DNA of 64,000 bases. Source: Chrysomallon squamiferum. Lineage: Eukaryota; Animalia; Mollusca. Positions 49,325-62,119 of the stretch are shown here, piece after piece. The stretch's first letter is position 1. Each line of letters opens with the position of its first letter. The notes under the pieces are model-generated. The model was not told the DNA's origin, made no database searches, and saw nothing but the letters and a program-made list of their open reading frames with translations. The position numbers and the translations under genes are program-made. The stretch lies in assembly GCA_012295275.1 (NCBI GenBank), contig CM022671.1:27404001-27468000 (forward strand), written 5' to 3'.

Positions 49325-50722
49325 TAATAATAATAATAATAATAATAATTTAAATAATAATAAATAAAAATAAAATAAATAAGAATGAGAAAAAAGAAGA
49401 AAGAAAGAAAGAAAAAAGGAATGAATAAATAAGCATATTAAAGCCATGTACTTTACCCAAAACAGATCGGCGCGGTTCACTAATTTTTTTAAAATAGGAA
49501 CGCTATTGCATATACACCGGTCATCAGGTTGCCTGTGTCAGTGACTGATTTGATAAGCTTGACAAACAAATGTGGGTGTTTATTGAGTTTTACATCACCT
49601 ATTTATATGTTAACTAGCAGTGGGGAAAAAAAATCGTTGCAAAATATTAAATGAAATATTGAGCTAAGGCAGACCTAAACTGCAAGATTACCAAAAGATG
49701 TTTGCTGGATAACGCTAAATTAATTATAATCAGTGGATACTACTGCCAAAAGTAATAGTTTAAATTTCTTAGTGTATATACAGGCATATTTACGAAATAC
49801 ATTTTTATATTTAATTAAAAATTATTTTGTGAATGGAATATGTTGAAACAATTATTTATCTATATTTTAATTTTGCATCAGTAAGAAGAAGACAAAAGCA
49901 CAACTCTTACATCAGTAACGTTCGGCAATTCCATATTTATGTCCTGACTTTCCATTACTCTACATATCTTGGATAACGTATTACGTCAGAAACACGTCAT
50001 ATCTGTAAGACCTGTTGTACTGAGCTAATTAATGTCTACCTATCGTAATATAACATATGGTAAATATATTGTACATGCTTCTAAATAATGTTTAATTTGT
50101 ATTTTGCTATCGAATCTTAAGTATAACAACAAAACTGTATAGTTTAAAATTATCTGGGCGCTTCCATTTTTTCATGGTTGTCACTTCTTATGGGGCAGAC
50201 CTAACCAAAACGCCCTAATTTCTTCTAGTTTGTACGCATTAATTTCGTAATTGCAATTGTGAGAGCGTATTTTATTGGCCTTCGTGTTTTATAAGAGTAT
50301 TATTGTATTACTATGCCTTAATAACTTGGATATATCAAGACCATTATTACACAGTTTGTACTGGTACAGGATACATTTTTATTTGAATTTATAGAGAATA
50401 CATGCGTAATACGATTATAGGACAGCTCAAAGAGCAAAAATCAGCTTTTCTTGAAATAATACCAAAAGACTTACTGAATAACGAAGTAACTCGCTTAAAT
50501 AAATAATACAAACTAATCTAAGCATCGCTGATTAAACGGTAAATCATAAAATCACAGATGGTAACATATTGCTTATGACACAAACCATGTTTATTATTTA
50601 CTATCCGGCTGATAGCTTTTCTTTTCTTTTCCTCTTCCTTTCCCTTTTCTTCTTGTTCTTCTTTATATTTAAGGTTCATAAACAGACATAGAAAACAAAA
50701 TTATCTATAAACAATAATAATA

Positions 50723-50800
<78 letters not shown>

Positions 50801-52493
50801 GAATTATTTATTTATTTTATATATATTTATATTTATTCAGTTTTACATCACCTATTTATATTTTTATATATATATTTTTTTTTTGGATCATGAGAGATTA
50901 TATGATCAAAGATTTTACTATTTTAAAACAAATTCCTGTAAGAAATACCGTAGACTCTCAAACCCTACATTTAACCCGTAAAAACCTTCCTTACCTTATG
51001 CTGGATTATCCTATCCGATTTGGTAGCTCAGCATCAAACGATTTAGGCATGTCTAAAAGATCAGCAAAGAAACACACACACACACACACACACAGTCAAC
51101 AATTCCATATTATAAGTGACTTCCCTGCGGTTCCGGTTGCAGATAAGAGATGGGAAGTATATATATAAAATAAATTAAAAAATAATATGAATTATATTTC
51201 CCATTTTTTTTCAGCATGGCTGAAGCACATCGTTCTGCAAAATTTGATCATCTTCCAACATTAAATGGCAGGACAGCTTTTGTATGATAAGACAAAACAC
51301 CTTTTTTGGCTATATGAATTCAGCAAGCTAAGGATCTGGCATTTATGTTAAGTGTTAAGATCCACATTTAGCTGTAACATCGGTGCCCTACTCTTAGTTC
51401 CGCCGAAGTGATTTGATTGGAAGGTACAATTAATTACGAAGTCAGATATCTTTCTCATATTTAACAATACTGGCGATATGGCTGATGTCTGTTTTAATAA
51501 AGTCAGTATCATCATGGTTGAGTTTCCTTAATTTATAATTGTGCACAAGGAAGTACAATTTAATTCAAGACATTACCTTTCCTTGCTGAAGATGCCCCAT
51601 GCAGCATATTTTTCTATAATGTGTGTTCGACGTTTTTCCGTTTTGAATTTGTTATTATGCAAATGTTGGACAAACGTTTTCAGCTCATTCGCCAAAAATA
51701 TTAAAACCAAATTTGATTCCAGTTTGAAATATAATTTATTTTTGCTTAAAAAATAGCCATAAATGTAATTACCGGATGTAAATTTTCTGAAAGAAATGAC
51801 TATGGTAATATTATATAATTTCATGCTACTGGACCATCTATGAGATGGGTCAACACTGACTGTCAAACGGTATAGAGAAACAGAAGTCTTATATATTTGG
51901 CAATGTTTTAATTTTAAAAATAGGTTCTTTACAGTTTTATTTTGTAAATGCTTTAAAACAAAGTGTAAAGAAAATTTAAAGAAAGATAAAAAAAAGATAT
52001 CTTACCTCGATTGCAAACAGATAAAGTTTTGTTTAGTCGGATATACTCTGTCAGTTTTCAAACATCTGTTCCACGTTGTTAATAACATAATTATACATCT
52101 GTTGTGTTGGAATTAATGAAAATATTTAACATAACGTATTAAAGCGAATATACAATTTAATGCAATTAGCATAAAAGATTAATACTTGATAGTAAAAAAA
52201 ATAACATTTAATAAATAGTCTCAGTATCAAGATATCTATTAAAAATAAATAAATAAATAAATAAAACTAATTTCTCTGTGTACAATCAGTAAATTAAATA
52301 TATGTAAACAAAATAATTTTTGGTCTTGTGTGTCCACATTATTTTGATGGGTAATGCCCTGAACTACTAAGTTAAAAAAAAAAAAAAAAAAATAAATTGT
52401 AATAATAATAATATTAAAAAATTCAAGACTACAAATTAATTTTAGTTCACGGTGTACCCGTTTCATAATCCCAACATTCTTAATTCAAAATAC

Positions 52494-52585
<92 letters not shown>

Positions 52586-53145
52586 GTTTATTTCCTTGTA
52601 TGTGTATGTTTGTGTATACATTTAATTTGTGAGTATCAGTTAAAGGAATTCATATATTCTCAGTAATATGGTACATTATGCTTCTGTCAGTATGCTTGTT
52701 ATGCAGCATCGGAAGTTGTCCGGTCCCTCTATACGAACATCTTATATAAATAACACAAGCAGAATATCAATCTTCGTGGCGTAGAGCAATTTGCAAAAAT
52801 GTTACACCAGTTCCTGGTATGAAGCATGGAGAAATTAATACGGACATGATGCTGGACCAAGCGCATACAACTATCACATGAAAATATATTCTAACAGTAT
52901 CCGTGAACTGTTATTTTCTTACAGTGTTAATGATTCTGAATAACACATTTTGATATCGTTTTCTATAAGGACAGATCCAAATTTATGAAACTGGCAGCGG
53001 TGTCATAATTTAGCTGGATATAAAATAAAATACACGTGAAGAAGTAGAAGAAACCCTCTGGTATAAAAACCCTGAAATGTTAACTTCATCCCTGCTAGAT
53101 CTATATATGTCTTATCTATATAATGCTAGACAGAAGACCGTTTCA

Positions 53146-54243
53146 TCATACGTCATATTCTAACACAGCATTTAAATATTCCAAAGCCACATATTCAGCC
53201 CACGACTGGGCACTTATTCCTTCGCGAAAACCACAATGGCCACCTTTGTTTACAGTGGCTATTATCCAATCGGAATGTTCCGATATGACGTCATAGGGAA
53301 TGAATTCGGCCGATAAAACTGGATCATCAAGGCTCGACAAAAAAAGTACGGGAACAGACGCGTTAGAGTGATTTCGCATTGGGTCGTTCTCACGCCAATA
53401 TTCTTTCACGTTCTTATGATTGTATAATTTGCAATAAACATTTTCATCGAATTCTTTTAATGATTTTGCATTCAGGGCTGTATCTATATCAATATGTGAT
53501 GATACAACGTTGGAATGCTGATGGATTATTTTCTTCAAACTTCTTACTATTAATATTTCATAAAGCCAGTGAAAACTCATTGACTGCTCCAGAGGACTGA
53601 AACCTGGTGATATGAGAACAGCAGCTTTCAAAAGCGAATTATCTCCCTCTTCTCCTAAATAGGACATGAGCACGCCGCCACCGGCACTGAAAGCGAGGCC
53701 CAAAAGTTTCGAATTCGGATATTTTTCATGTACAAAGTCAACCATTTGTTTAAAGTCTGAAGGATCACCAAAACTTTGTAGTTTGGGTGTGGTGAGGTAA
53801 CTACCCCCATGACCTCGTCTGTTAAAAACCACTGTGCGATAGCCCTGTTCTGATGCTTTCATGCAAACAAAAGACGTCAGTTTTATATTGCCTTCAATTC
53901 CTGGAAGAATTATTAGAACTGGTCGAAAGTCGTCCACGAGACACGTTTTCGGTTTTGTCCAGTCTACTGCCACAACTCCGCCATCTTGAAGTTCCAAGTA
54001 CTGTCTGCTGATCTCGATTCTGTTCAGATGGTTCAAGCGAGTTGCTGTTATGGTGTGAAAATGTCTATTAAGACTAAGCCAGATGGTAGCTTTGTAAGGA
54101 GCAGAAAGACGAGGCACATTCTTTATAATGTAGTCAGTGAAAGCTGTATGTTTGTACACTAATGTAGGTATCTGCCAACAAGTTCTGTCTAGTATCCAGA
54201 TACTTAAAATAATAACAGCTATAATTAGCAGTGTAAAAAACAT
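53146..54243 (-). CDS. Alpha/beta hydrolase, ABHD1/2/3-ABHD15-like, copy 2
   Basis: Same motifs (LQDGGVVAVDW, FNRRGHGG, AFSAGG, SLDDP, GGHCGF) and closely similar to copy 1. Acceptor at 54286; ATG at 54243. Confidence 0.9.
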   Translation of the reverse strand: MFFTLLIIAVIILSIWILDRTCWQIPTLVYKHTAFTDYIIKNVPRLSAPYKATIWLSLNRHFHTITATRLNHLNRIEISRQYLELQDGGVVAVDWTKPKTCLVDDFRPVLIILPGIEGNIKLTSFVCMKASEQGYRTVVFNRRGHGGSYLTTPKLQSFGDPSDFKQMVDFVHEKYPNSKLLGLAFSAGGGVLMSYLGEEGDNSLLKAAVLISPGFSPLEQSMSFHWLYEILIVRSLKKIIHQHSNVVSSHIDIDTALNAKSLKEFDENVYCKLYNHKNVKEYWRENDPMRNHSNASVPVLFLSSLDDPVLSAEFIPYDVISEHSDWIIATVNKGGHCGFREGISAQSWAEYVALEYLNAVLEYDV

Positions 54244-54443
54244 CCTTTTGACTGGCACAGACCACCATTTCACGCAATACAAACTTCTGCAAAATAATAA
54301 CAAAAAATATATGAAAAAAAAAAATTAAAACTAGAAAAACAAATTTTTAAGACTAAAATATATACTGAAGTCGGTAAAGTACATTAAATTTTGTTTAAAC
54401 TAAACTAGACTGTGATTCTTTATTAATGCAAACACAAAGAAAG

Positions 54444-54549
<106 letters not shown>

Positions 54550-55142
54550 ACAGGTGTTAAATAAAATAGCCTTCAGCAATCAACAGAAACGTTTCATAAA
54601 CCGGTTTGATTCATCTGATGGTCTGGCAAAGTGCCACATCTGTTCGGACAAATATTTATGACAAATGTCACATTATAGACTGTCTGTATTAAATTACTCA
54701 TTATTTATTAATTTATTTAATAATATTTGGTAACTTAAAACTTGTGAGAAACAACAAAACCAAATTAACCTTTATACTGACGAAGTGACGAAACTACAGA
54801 ATGAAATAAAAAAATGTATCAACTAAATGTTTATTTATTTAATAAAATAAACACTTTTGTATTAGTAATGAACACTTGTACCTAGTGTAGAGATATATAA
54901 ATAAGATTTACAAACACACTACCTGTGTTATTATATAACCAAAAAGTCTCGTCTTGCAACAGTTAGAAAAAAAAAGATAACGTTTTAGTTATTTTTGCTG
55001 TTGATATTGCGAACACAGCGAATATAACTATCTATTCCGCGCTGTATCGTGTTACCTATGTCGACGATACAGTTTTCTAAAACATTAAAGCTTTTGTCAG
55101 AAGATTTTTTAAACGAATGTTTTTGTTTTGTCAAACATTAAA

Positions 55143-55192
<50 letters not shown>

Positions 55193-55905
55193 GGCTAGTG
55201 TCTGTTATCGTACACTACTCACCTTAAACTTTACAAAGTCGTCTGTAAGGTCATTGAGTTTCCTCCAGTTTGTGTCCTTTTTCAGTCAGCTGTCCGGAAA
55301 ACCTGCCTAACAGTAAATCGTTTTGTATTGGTGACATGTTAACCTTTGCAGTATAATAGTACAAAATATCGCTATACATTCGGGGGAAATTTTTTTAACA
55401 CGCACGTACACACATACACACACAGACACATACACACACATATACACACAAATACATGCATATATATATACACATACATATATATATATATACATACATA
55501 CATACATACATACATTATAATACTTTGATACAAATTCAAACTCTTTCTTTATATAAACAATTATAATACTTTCATACAAATTCAAACACTTTCTTTATAT
55601 AAACAATAAATAAACGAACCACATACATTTACTGGACTGTAACAGCAGCACGACAACCACAACAACAGCAGCAGCAGACTCAGGTTGCATGTTAATTCGA
55701 ATCGCCACGGTGCGTCACACTGAGCTGTGACAAGGAGATATCACTGGTAAGGTGCAGACGGAGCGCCTCGCTTTCGTGGCCTTGACGTTCACATCTCCAG
55801 CAGCAAAACGAATGACTGTGAACCAGCCAAGTGTGAACTCAAACACAAACTGACGCACTGAAAAGTTATTTACGTAGTGATGATTGTCTTTTCTTATCAG
55901 GTCAG

Positions 55906-56045
55906 CATATACTGAGTTTTGTAAGTACTGCGTAAACTCACGAAATCAGCATGTTACTGAGTTTTGTAAGTACTGAGTAAATTGTCATGAAATCAGCATG
56001 CTACTGAGGTTTTTTGTAGATACTGAGTATACTGTCATGAAATCT
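55906..56045. repeat. Tandem repeat, ~45-bp unit, 3 copies
   Basis: tactgagttttgtaagtactg...gaaatcagcatg repeated. Confidence 0.8.
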
Positions 56046-56679
56046 GGTCTGAGTGTTAAATTATATGTATATCAATTCATCTTCACCTTTTAAGTGGTTT
56101 TTGTTTGTAATTAATTCAGAAATTAACATTATTCTTTAAAATATGCACGTACCCACCCACAATATCACCACGCAAATTCGCACTTATATGTACATGTACT
56201 GATATTTACATATATGCATTCATAAATTCGTACATACTAGAATAAATTCATACATAAATACACACACACACACACACACACATATAGATACAGACACACA
56301 CACATACATATATACATACAGACAGACAAGCACACACATACATACAGACACACAATCACATGAACATAGATATAAATACACAAACATACATGCATACATA
56401 CATGCATACTTGCACACATACAAACATACCTATACACATACAACATATACATAGATATATCATCCAATATCATACACACCTAAATACCCTCTGATATGGA
56501 GGTTGTCTTAGTGACGTACACACACACAAACGCACAGACACACACACACACACACACATACATACATAGCCTCAACTTTTTTTTGTAAAGGTGGCCGATG
56601 TCGTATCGTCGTTCGCCTACGCCCTACGGAGGAGAGCGGGCGAATGGGTGACATACATCCGAGTCATGTCAACGGCATA

Positions 56680-56706
56680 TGACCTTTGCGAGGTCATGAC
56701 TGAACT
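56680..56706. promoter_or_regulatory. Cluster of nuclear-receptor half-sites
   Basis: TGACCT-ttgcg-AGGTCA-tgac-TGAACT in a GC-rich island upstream of ABHD copy 2. Confidence 0.35.
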
Positions 56707-56849
56707 TCGTCCTTCTATGGCAATCCCGAGGATTGTCTGTGTGCAGTCTAATCATGCATATGTAGAACAAAACATATTCATTCCTAAATGTATACACATA
56801 TACATAAAGCATACATGCACACAATAAACACATATTAGCCAGTCAATAA

Positions 56850-56879
<30 letters not shown>

Positions 56880-56885
<6 letters not shown>

Positions 56886-57220
56886 TTTAGATATTTGTTT
56901 ATTTTATATTTTCTGTATATTTTATTTATGAAATGGCACGATAAATTATAAGAAATAGAAGCCACAGAAGCTTACTATTTATTATCATACTTTGTCATAA
57001 GCAAAGAGTGGTTGTTACAAAAAATATATATATATATATATTAAATTGTCGTCTGATTTTCATTATAATGCAGACAGAAAACCAAAACGTTAGTTTATTT
57101 TGTGTTAACAAGTTGATGTAAAAATTAAAATACATATGTACATGATAATACAATAATGACACTATAATTATTTTAAATGTACTTTATTTATTTATTTATT
57201 TATTTATTATTATTATTAAA

Positions 57221-57260
<40 letters not shown>

Positions 57261-57416
57261 TTTTTTTTTTTATTTTTTTTCACCACCGCCTTTGCTTATG
57301 ACAAAGTATGATAATAAATACAAAGCTTCTGTGGCTTCTATTTCTTATAATTTATCGTGCCATTTCATAAATAAAATATACAGAAAATATAAAATAAACA
57401 AATATCTAAATTCATA
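56880..57416. repeat. Long inverted repeat with ~127-bp arms at 56880-57006 and 57290-57416
   Basis: atgaatttagatatttgttt...tttgtcataagcaaag is nearly the exact reverse complement of ctttgcttatgacaaag...aatatctaaattcat. Confidence 0.9.
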
Positions 57417-57992
57417 AAATAATAATAACAATAACAAAAACAACAACAACAACAACAACAGTAATAATAATAATAATAATGATGATGATGATGATAATGA
57501 TGATGATAGTAATAGTAATAACTGGACAAATGGTAATTGTAAAGATGGCAGTGATTTATGTTTAAAATAGTTACAACCTAATTTTTGGTAGTAATAAAAT
57601 AAAGCGATAAAAATACAAAATCGTGAAGATACATGTTCTAATTTTCTTTCTTACTTACATTTTTCTTACCTGAAATAAGACATTTAACAATAAAGTCAGT
57701 CATGTAATATATATTTCAGGTGAACATTTTTTTAAAAATAACTGAATAAAATATATACACAAATAAAAATGAATAAATATCCATAATTATAAATTTAAAA
57801 ATATATATAAAATAAAAAAAACCAGCAACAAAAATAACAACAAATAAAACAAAACAACAACACCCGCCAAAAAAAAAACCACCCTACAACTTAATATGTA
57901 TAATATTTTTATTGAAAATTATTTTCGATAGTCTCACAATCATTTTAAAGGATGATCAGAAAAAAAGCTTACATGTATGTTTCAGAGAGAAA

Positions 57993-58090
<98 letters not shown>

Positions 58091-58254
58091 ACATGATGAG
58101 AATGAAAAACTACTGTACAATATAAAAATAACAAATACAAATAAAAACAACTTTTTTAACGTGGTAAACATTAAGTTATCATCATGATGGCTTTTTTTAT
58201 TCTTGTTATTGCTGATGATGCTATTGTCCTTTTCGTTAAGTGTTTGGTAATTTT

Positions 58255-58505
58255 TCTTTCGCCAATGCTATCGTTACGGGAAAAGATTTGTTGTTAAAGC
58301 TGTTTGATTTAGAAGAATTCCATTAACCCGAATCAAACTTTTCTGAATCATTTCTCCATTCAAATGAATTATCGTTGGCTTTTTGTTAACGTCCAGAGCA
58401 CTATCTATGAATTCAGCATTTAGAGGATGAGCCATTGAGACAGACCGCCAACCTTCCAGAAAGCCGTGTCCTCCATTTTTATAGTCACCGGTAAAAAAAA
58501 CATCT
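58255..58505 (-). pseudogene. Decayed 3' fragment of an ABHD paralog (duplicate of the copy 3 C-terminus and 3'UTR)
   Basis: Translates to DVFFTGDYKNGGH-GFLEGWRSVSMAHPLNAEFIDSALDVNKKP versus copy 3 DVLLVTVKNGGHCGFLEGLRSISWADHVSAEFVDTVLEFNKQP. The downstream ccaatg..atc.ttacgggaaaaga..tgttgtt also matches 60120-60155. The rest of the CDS is not recognisable. Confidence 0.85.
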
Positions 58506-59186
58506 TTCCTCGTATTTTTTCTAATTAATTCGTAACAGCATTCTTTAACATACAAATGCATCCATCCATATGAAACCACGCCTCTTTACACATTTATACA
58601 CGCAAGGACTATAAGGAGACACACACACATTTATACATATGCTTATACATAATACATATATATACATATACATATACATATATTATATACATACATGCAT
58701 GCATGCATTGCATACAAAATTCATCACTTATACACACAAACACATGGAAATATATCCCTGAGGCGTGTTCATTCCGAAAAAATAACTGAACTTCGTTTGC
58801 ATACCCAAAATAAACTTTTTTCATCACATTTTTGGATCCAAATCTTTGAAATAAACTTTTAAAACAATCGCTTTGGCAAAATATTCCAGTGATTATCACA
58901 ACAAATATGCCCCATCGGTAATATTGTAATTCTTTTGCAAAACTAATATAAAATGTTGCTTTAGAGTGAAGTGGCACAACACGGTGCAGTTTTTACGTAT
59001 AAACAAAATGATCAGCGTTTCCATTTCATCGCTCCACTTTTTGCAGCACAATCTCTTAACATCACTATTACAGGGACTTACTTACATGCAGATGATGGAA
59101 TGAACTGAATGGAAACTTATCGCATTTACATTAGATTTTTCAAAGTCATTGTTTACGAAATCATTCAAAATGACGATGAAGAACTA

Positions 59187-59605
59187 CAGGTTGAAGTTCC
59201 CAAAATCGGCATTCCGAAACCCCAGAAGACCCCAAACTCGGTCCGTATACCAACCGTAGTCGCCAACATTCCCATTACCTGGCAAAATTTCCTCTGTTAC
59301 TTCTGGTGGCGGGTGCATCGCGCCACGCAACGAGTATATTCGCAGCAGATCCGTGTCTCATGTTTTGTTTTTGGACATGTGAAGATATTATTATACCTTT
59401 TTGTAATCAAAATTTGCCCTTAGTGGCTCTTTGAAGAAAAATAATGCTTTGAGGAAATAACTGAAAACCCCCCAGATCGTTTGAAGAGGTTAGACTCAGG
59501 GACACACACTTTAATGCATGTATGGCATGCACTTTTTATGAACAGTCACGTATTAGTCGGCGCGGCGTTTGTCCCAACGATACCGAGTTTGGGAACTTCA
59601 ACCTG
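59187..59605. mobile_element. MITE, Tc1/mariner-like
   Basis: TIRs CAGGTTGAAGTTCCCAAAATCGGCAT / ATACCGAGTTTGGGAACTTCAACCTG. Left flank TA, right flank CA (possibly a mutated TA target duplication). Confidence 0.8.
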
Positions 59606-59670
59606 CACATTGATTCACTCTGAATTGAAGGGACAGTGATCCATATTATCTACTTGATGTTTCAATACCT

Positions 59671-59885
59671 GGTTGTAAATGAAGTACTACTGGTATCACT
59701 GAATGCAGGGGGTTAAAAAAGATGAAGAAGATGAAATATAAAAACAAATTAAGTACTTCGGTAAATACCACTCATTTTTACAGGGTTGTAAATGAGGTAC
59801 TACTGGTATCACTGAATGCAGGGAGTAAAAAAGATGAAGAAGATGAAAAATAAAAAAATGAAGTACTTCGGTAAATACCACTCAT
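59671..59885. repeat. Direct tandem duplication, ~113-bp unit, 2 copies
   Basis: ggttgtaaatga.gtactactggtatcactgaatgcagg...aagtacttcggtaaataccactcat occurs twice. Confidence 0.85.
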
Positions 59886-60201
59886 ATTTTTTTTTTCTCT
59901 GTCTCTCTCTAAATAATATTTTCAAATAATAATTTGGAATACCTGATACTTACATATATATATATATATAGATATATTAATTTCTTAGTGAATAATATTG
60001 TTTGAACATGTACCGAGGAGGCAAACATTACGTTATCATAATATCTTTCGCTGTTGTTGTTATTGCTGATGCTGTTCTTGCTGTTGTTGTTTTCGTTCAT
60101 TTATGATCATTTTCTTCCGCCAATGTTATCCTTACGGGAAAAGACTTGTTGTTGTTCCAGTATGATTTAGCAGTAATCCATTAATCTCAATGAAACTTTT
60201 C

Positions 60202-61317
60202 TTAAATTGGCTGTTTGTTAAATTCTAGAACAGTATCTACGAATTCAGCACTTACATGATCAGCCCAAGAGATAGATCTCAGTCCTTCGAGAAAGCCACA
60301 GTGTCCTCCATTTTTGACGGTCACCAGTAAAACATCATCTTTCTTCAGAAATAACTGTAACGGAATGTCCTCACCGCAAACAGGGTCATCCAGGCTGCAG
60401 ATACACATAACAGGTATTGCTATGTTGTAAGCTTTCTTCAGCGGGTTGTTGTGTTTCCAGTACTTATAAGGGTTATTGTGTCCATAAAACCTGCAGTAGA
60501 CGTGTCTGTCAAAATCTGTAAAGGTTTTGGCTTTCATCGCCGCGTCCACATTGATCATTTCCGATAATATGTTGACGTGCTTTTTCAGAAGTTTTTTCTG
60601 CTTTGACAAGAGCAATTTGTGGTAAAATGTACTCATGCCGGTTCTGCCCAGAAAGAGACCAACGGTGTCAAAAGATGGGCAAATACAAACAGCACACGTC
60701 AACAAGGAATTGTGGCCATATTCACCCAGATAAGAAGCTATGAGACCCGACCCTGCACTCATTCCTATCGCGCAGATCCGTGCCCTTTCGTATTTCTCTG
60801 AAATGTATTCGATCACCTGTCGCAGATCTGATGGATCTCCAAATCCTTGCATTTTAGGAGTTATCAACACTGTATCTCCATGTCCACGTTTGTTAAACAC
60901 TACAGCTCTGTAGTGTCTTCCAGACAGCAGATCACAGAGATTGCTGACACCTGACGCATCACCTGTCAGGCCTGGTATGACGACAACAACAGGATTTGAA
61001 TCCGGAATCGAGTCATTTTTTACCCAGTCGAGACCCAGAAGACCTTCATCTTTCAAAAAGAAATGTTGTCTATCGAATGGTATTCTTTTTTGAGGACGAA
61101 CTGATGCATAGATTGTATGAATGTGAGGATTCTGAAGCCAGAAACTCGATAAGAATGGTTTATGTAATCTTGAGATTTTATTGACGACAAAATGCATGAA
61201 GTCGTTCTCCTTGTAGTACAGGCTGGGTATATGAGTATGAATCCTTCGATGATACCAGTATAACAGAAAAACTACACTTAAAATAAAAGCTAGTCCTTCC
61301 AGAATAATATACTGCAT
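60202..61317 (-). CDS. Alpha/beta hydrolase, ABHD1/2/3-ABHD15-like, copy 3 (more divergent)
   Basis: TM anchor, NPHIHTI, LKDEGLLGLDW, VIPGLTG, FNKRGHG, canonical GMSAG, SLDDP, GGHCGF. Acceptor at 61346; ATG at 61317. Confidence 0.92.
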   Translation of the reverse strand: MQYIILEGLAFILSVVFLLYWYHRRIHTHIPSLYYKENDFMHFVVNKISRLHKPFLSSFWLQNPHIHTIYASVRPQKRIPFDRQHFFLKDEGLLGLDWVKNDSIPDSNPVVVVIPGLTGDASGVSNLCDLLSGRHYRAVVFNKRGHGDTVLITPKMQGFGDPSDLRQVIEYISEKYERARICAIGMSAGSGLIASYLGEYGHNSLLTCAVCICPSFDTVGLFLGRTGMSTFYHKLLLSKQKKLLKKHVNILSEMINVDAAMKAKTFTDFDRHVYCRFYGHNNPYKYWKHNNPLKKAYNIAIPVMCICSLDDPVCGEDIPLQLFLKKDDVLLVTVKNGGHCGFLEGLRSISWADHVSAEFVDTVLEFNKQPI

Positions 61318-62119
61318 CACTGCCTTGTTGGTTTAGATGACGCCCTCTGAAAATATGAGATAATAGAAAGGAATAAATATTTGAATAAAATAACAGTATT
61401 TGTTCAATATTTGATTCGTTTTTCTATTTCTTTCTTACTTTTTTTTTTTCATTTATGATCTTTTTCTTTTCTTTATTAACACAGATTATTTTGAATATTA
61501 GAATAAAGACAAAATTATGATTTTAAAAAAAAGGAGAACAAATTATTTGATCTAATTAAATTAAAATCAATGTACAAAAATACACTCATCCATCCATCTT
61601 CCACCACAAACACATACTACGATAGTCGGAACCTAATTCGTCTGCACTTTTCATATCTTAAGTACGAGTTATTACCGTAAGCAGGTATAATTAAAGAAAA
61701 CAAACAAGTTAATTTTAATTGCAACACATTTGACATATATAACTCCATAGTGGTATAGAAATTGGACATAAACTGGAAACTGAAAAGTAGGAGAACGCCA
61801 ACTCCTTGCACGTACCTTATTTCCATCACTAAGTTTAATGACAGTAAATAGTCGAAGCATCAGACATTTAGCAACTTAATTCTCTGAACGCATTACATAC
61901 ATGTATGCACACATATAGAGACACATGTGCATACATACACACAAACAATTGTACAATGTACGTACGTACATACATATATTCATACATACATACATCTTCA
62001 TTTACATCTACCTAAACAGACCTATTCTTTCAGATACATTTTAAAGATCGAAGAAAACTATATAGCAATTAATCATCCATAAAAACCTTAGCAGTCGCCT
62101 GCTAAACATAATTTGTTAG

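Noticed and set aside
56630-56655. GGCGAATGGG resembling the HDV ribozyme J4/2-P2 end
   Set aside because: No matching P1/P2/P3 upstream. It pairs as a simple hairpin instead.
58609-59423. ORFs 58609-58977 and 59109-59423 as further ABHD or transposase pieces
   Set aside because: No recognisable motifs. They run through microsatellite and MITE sequence.
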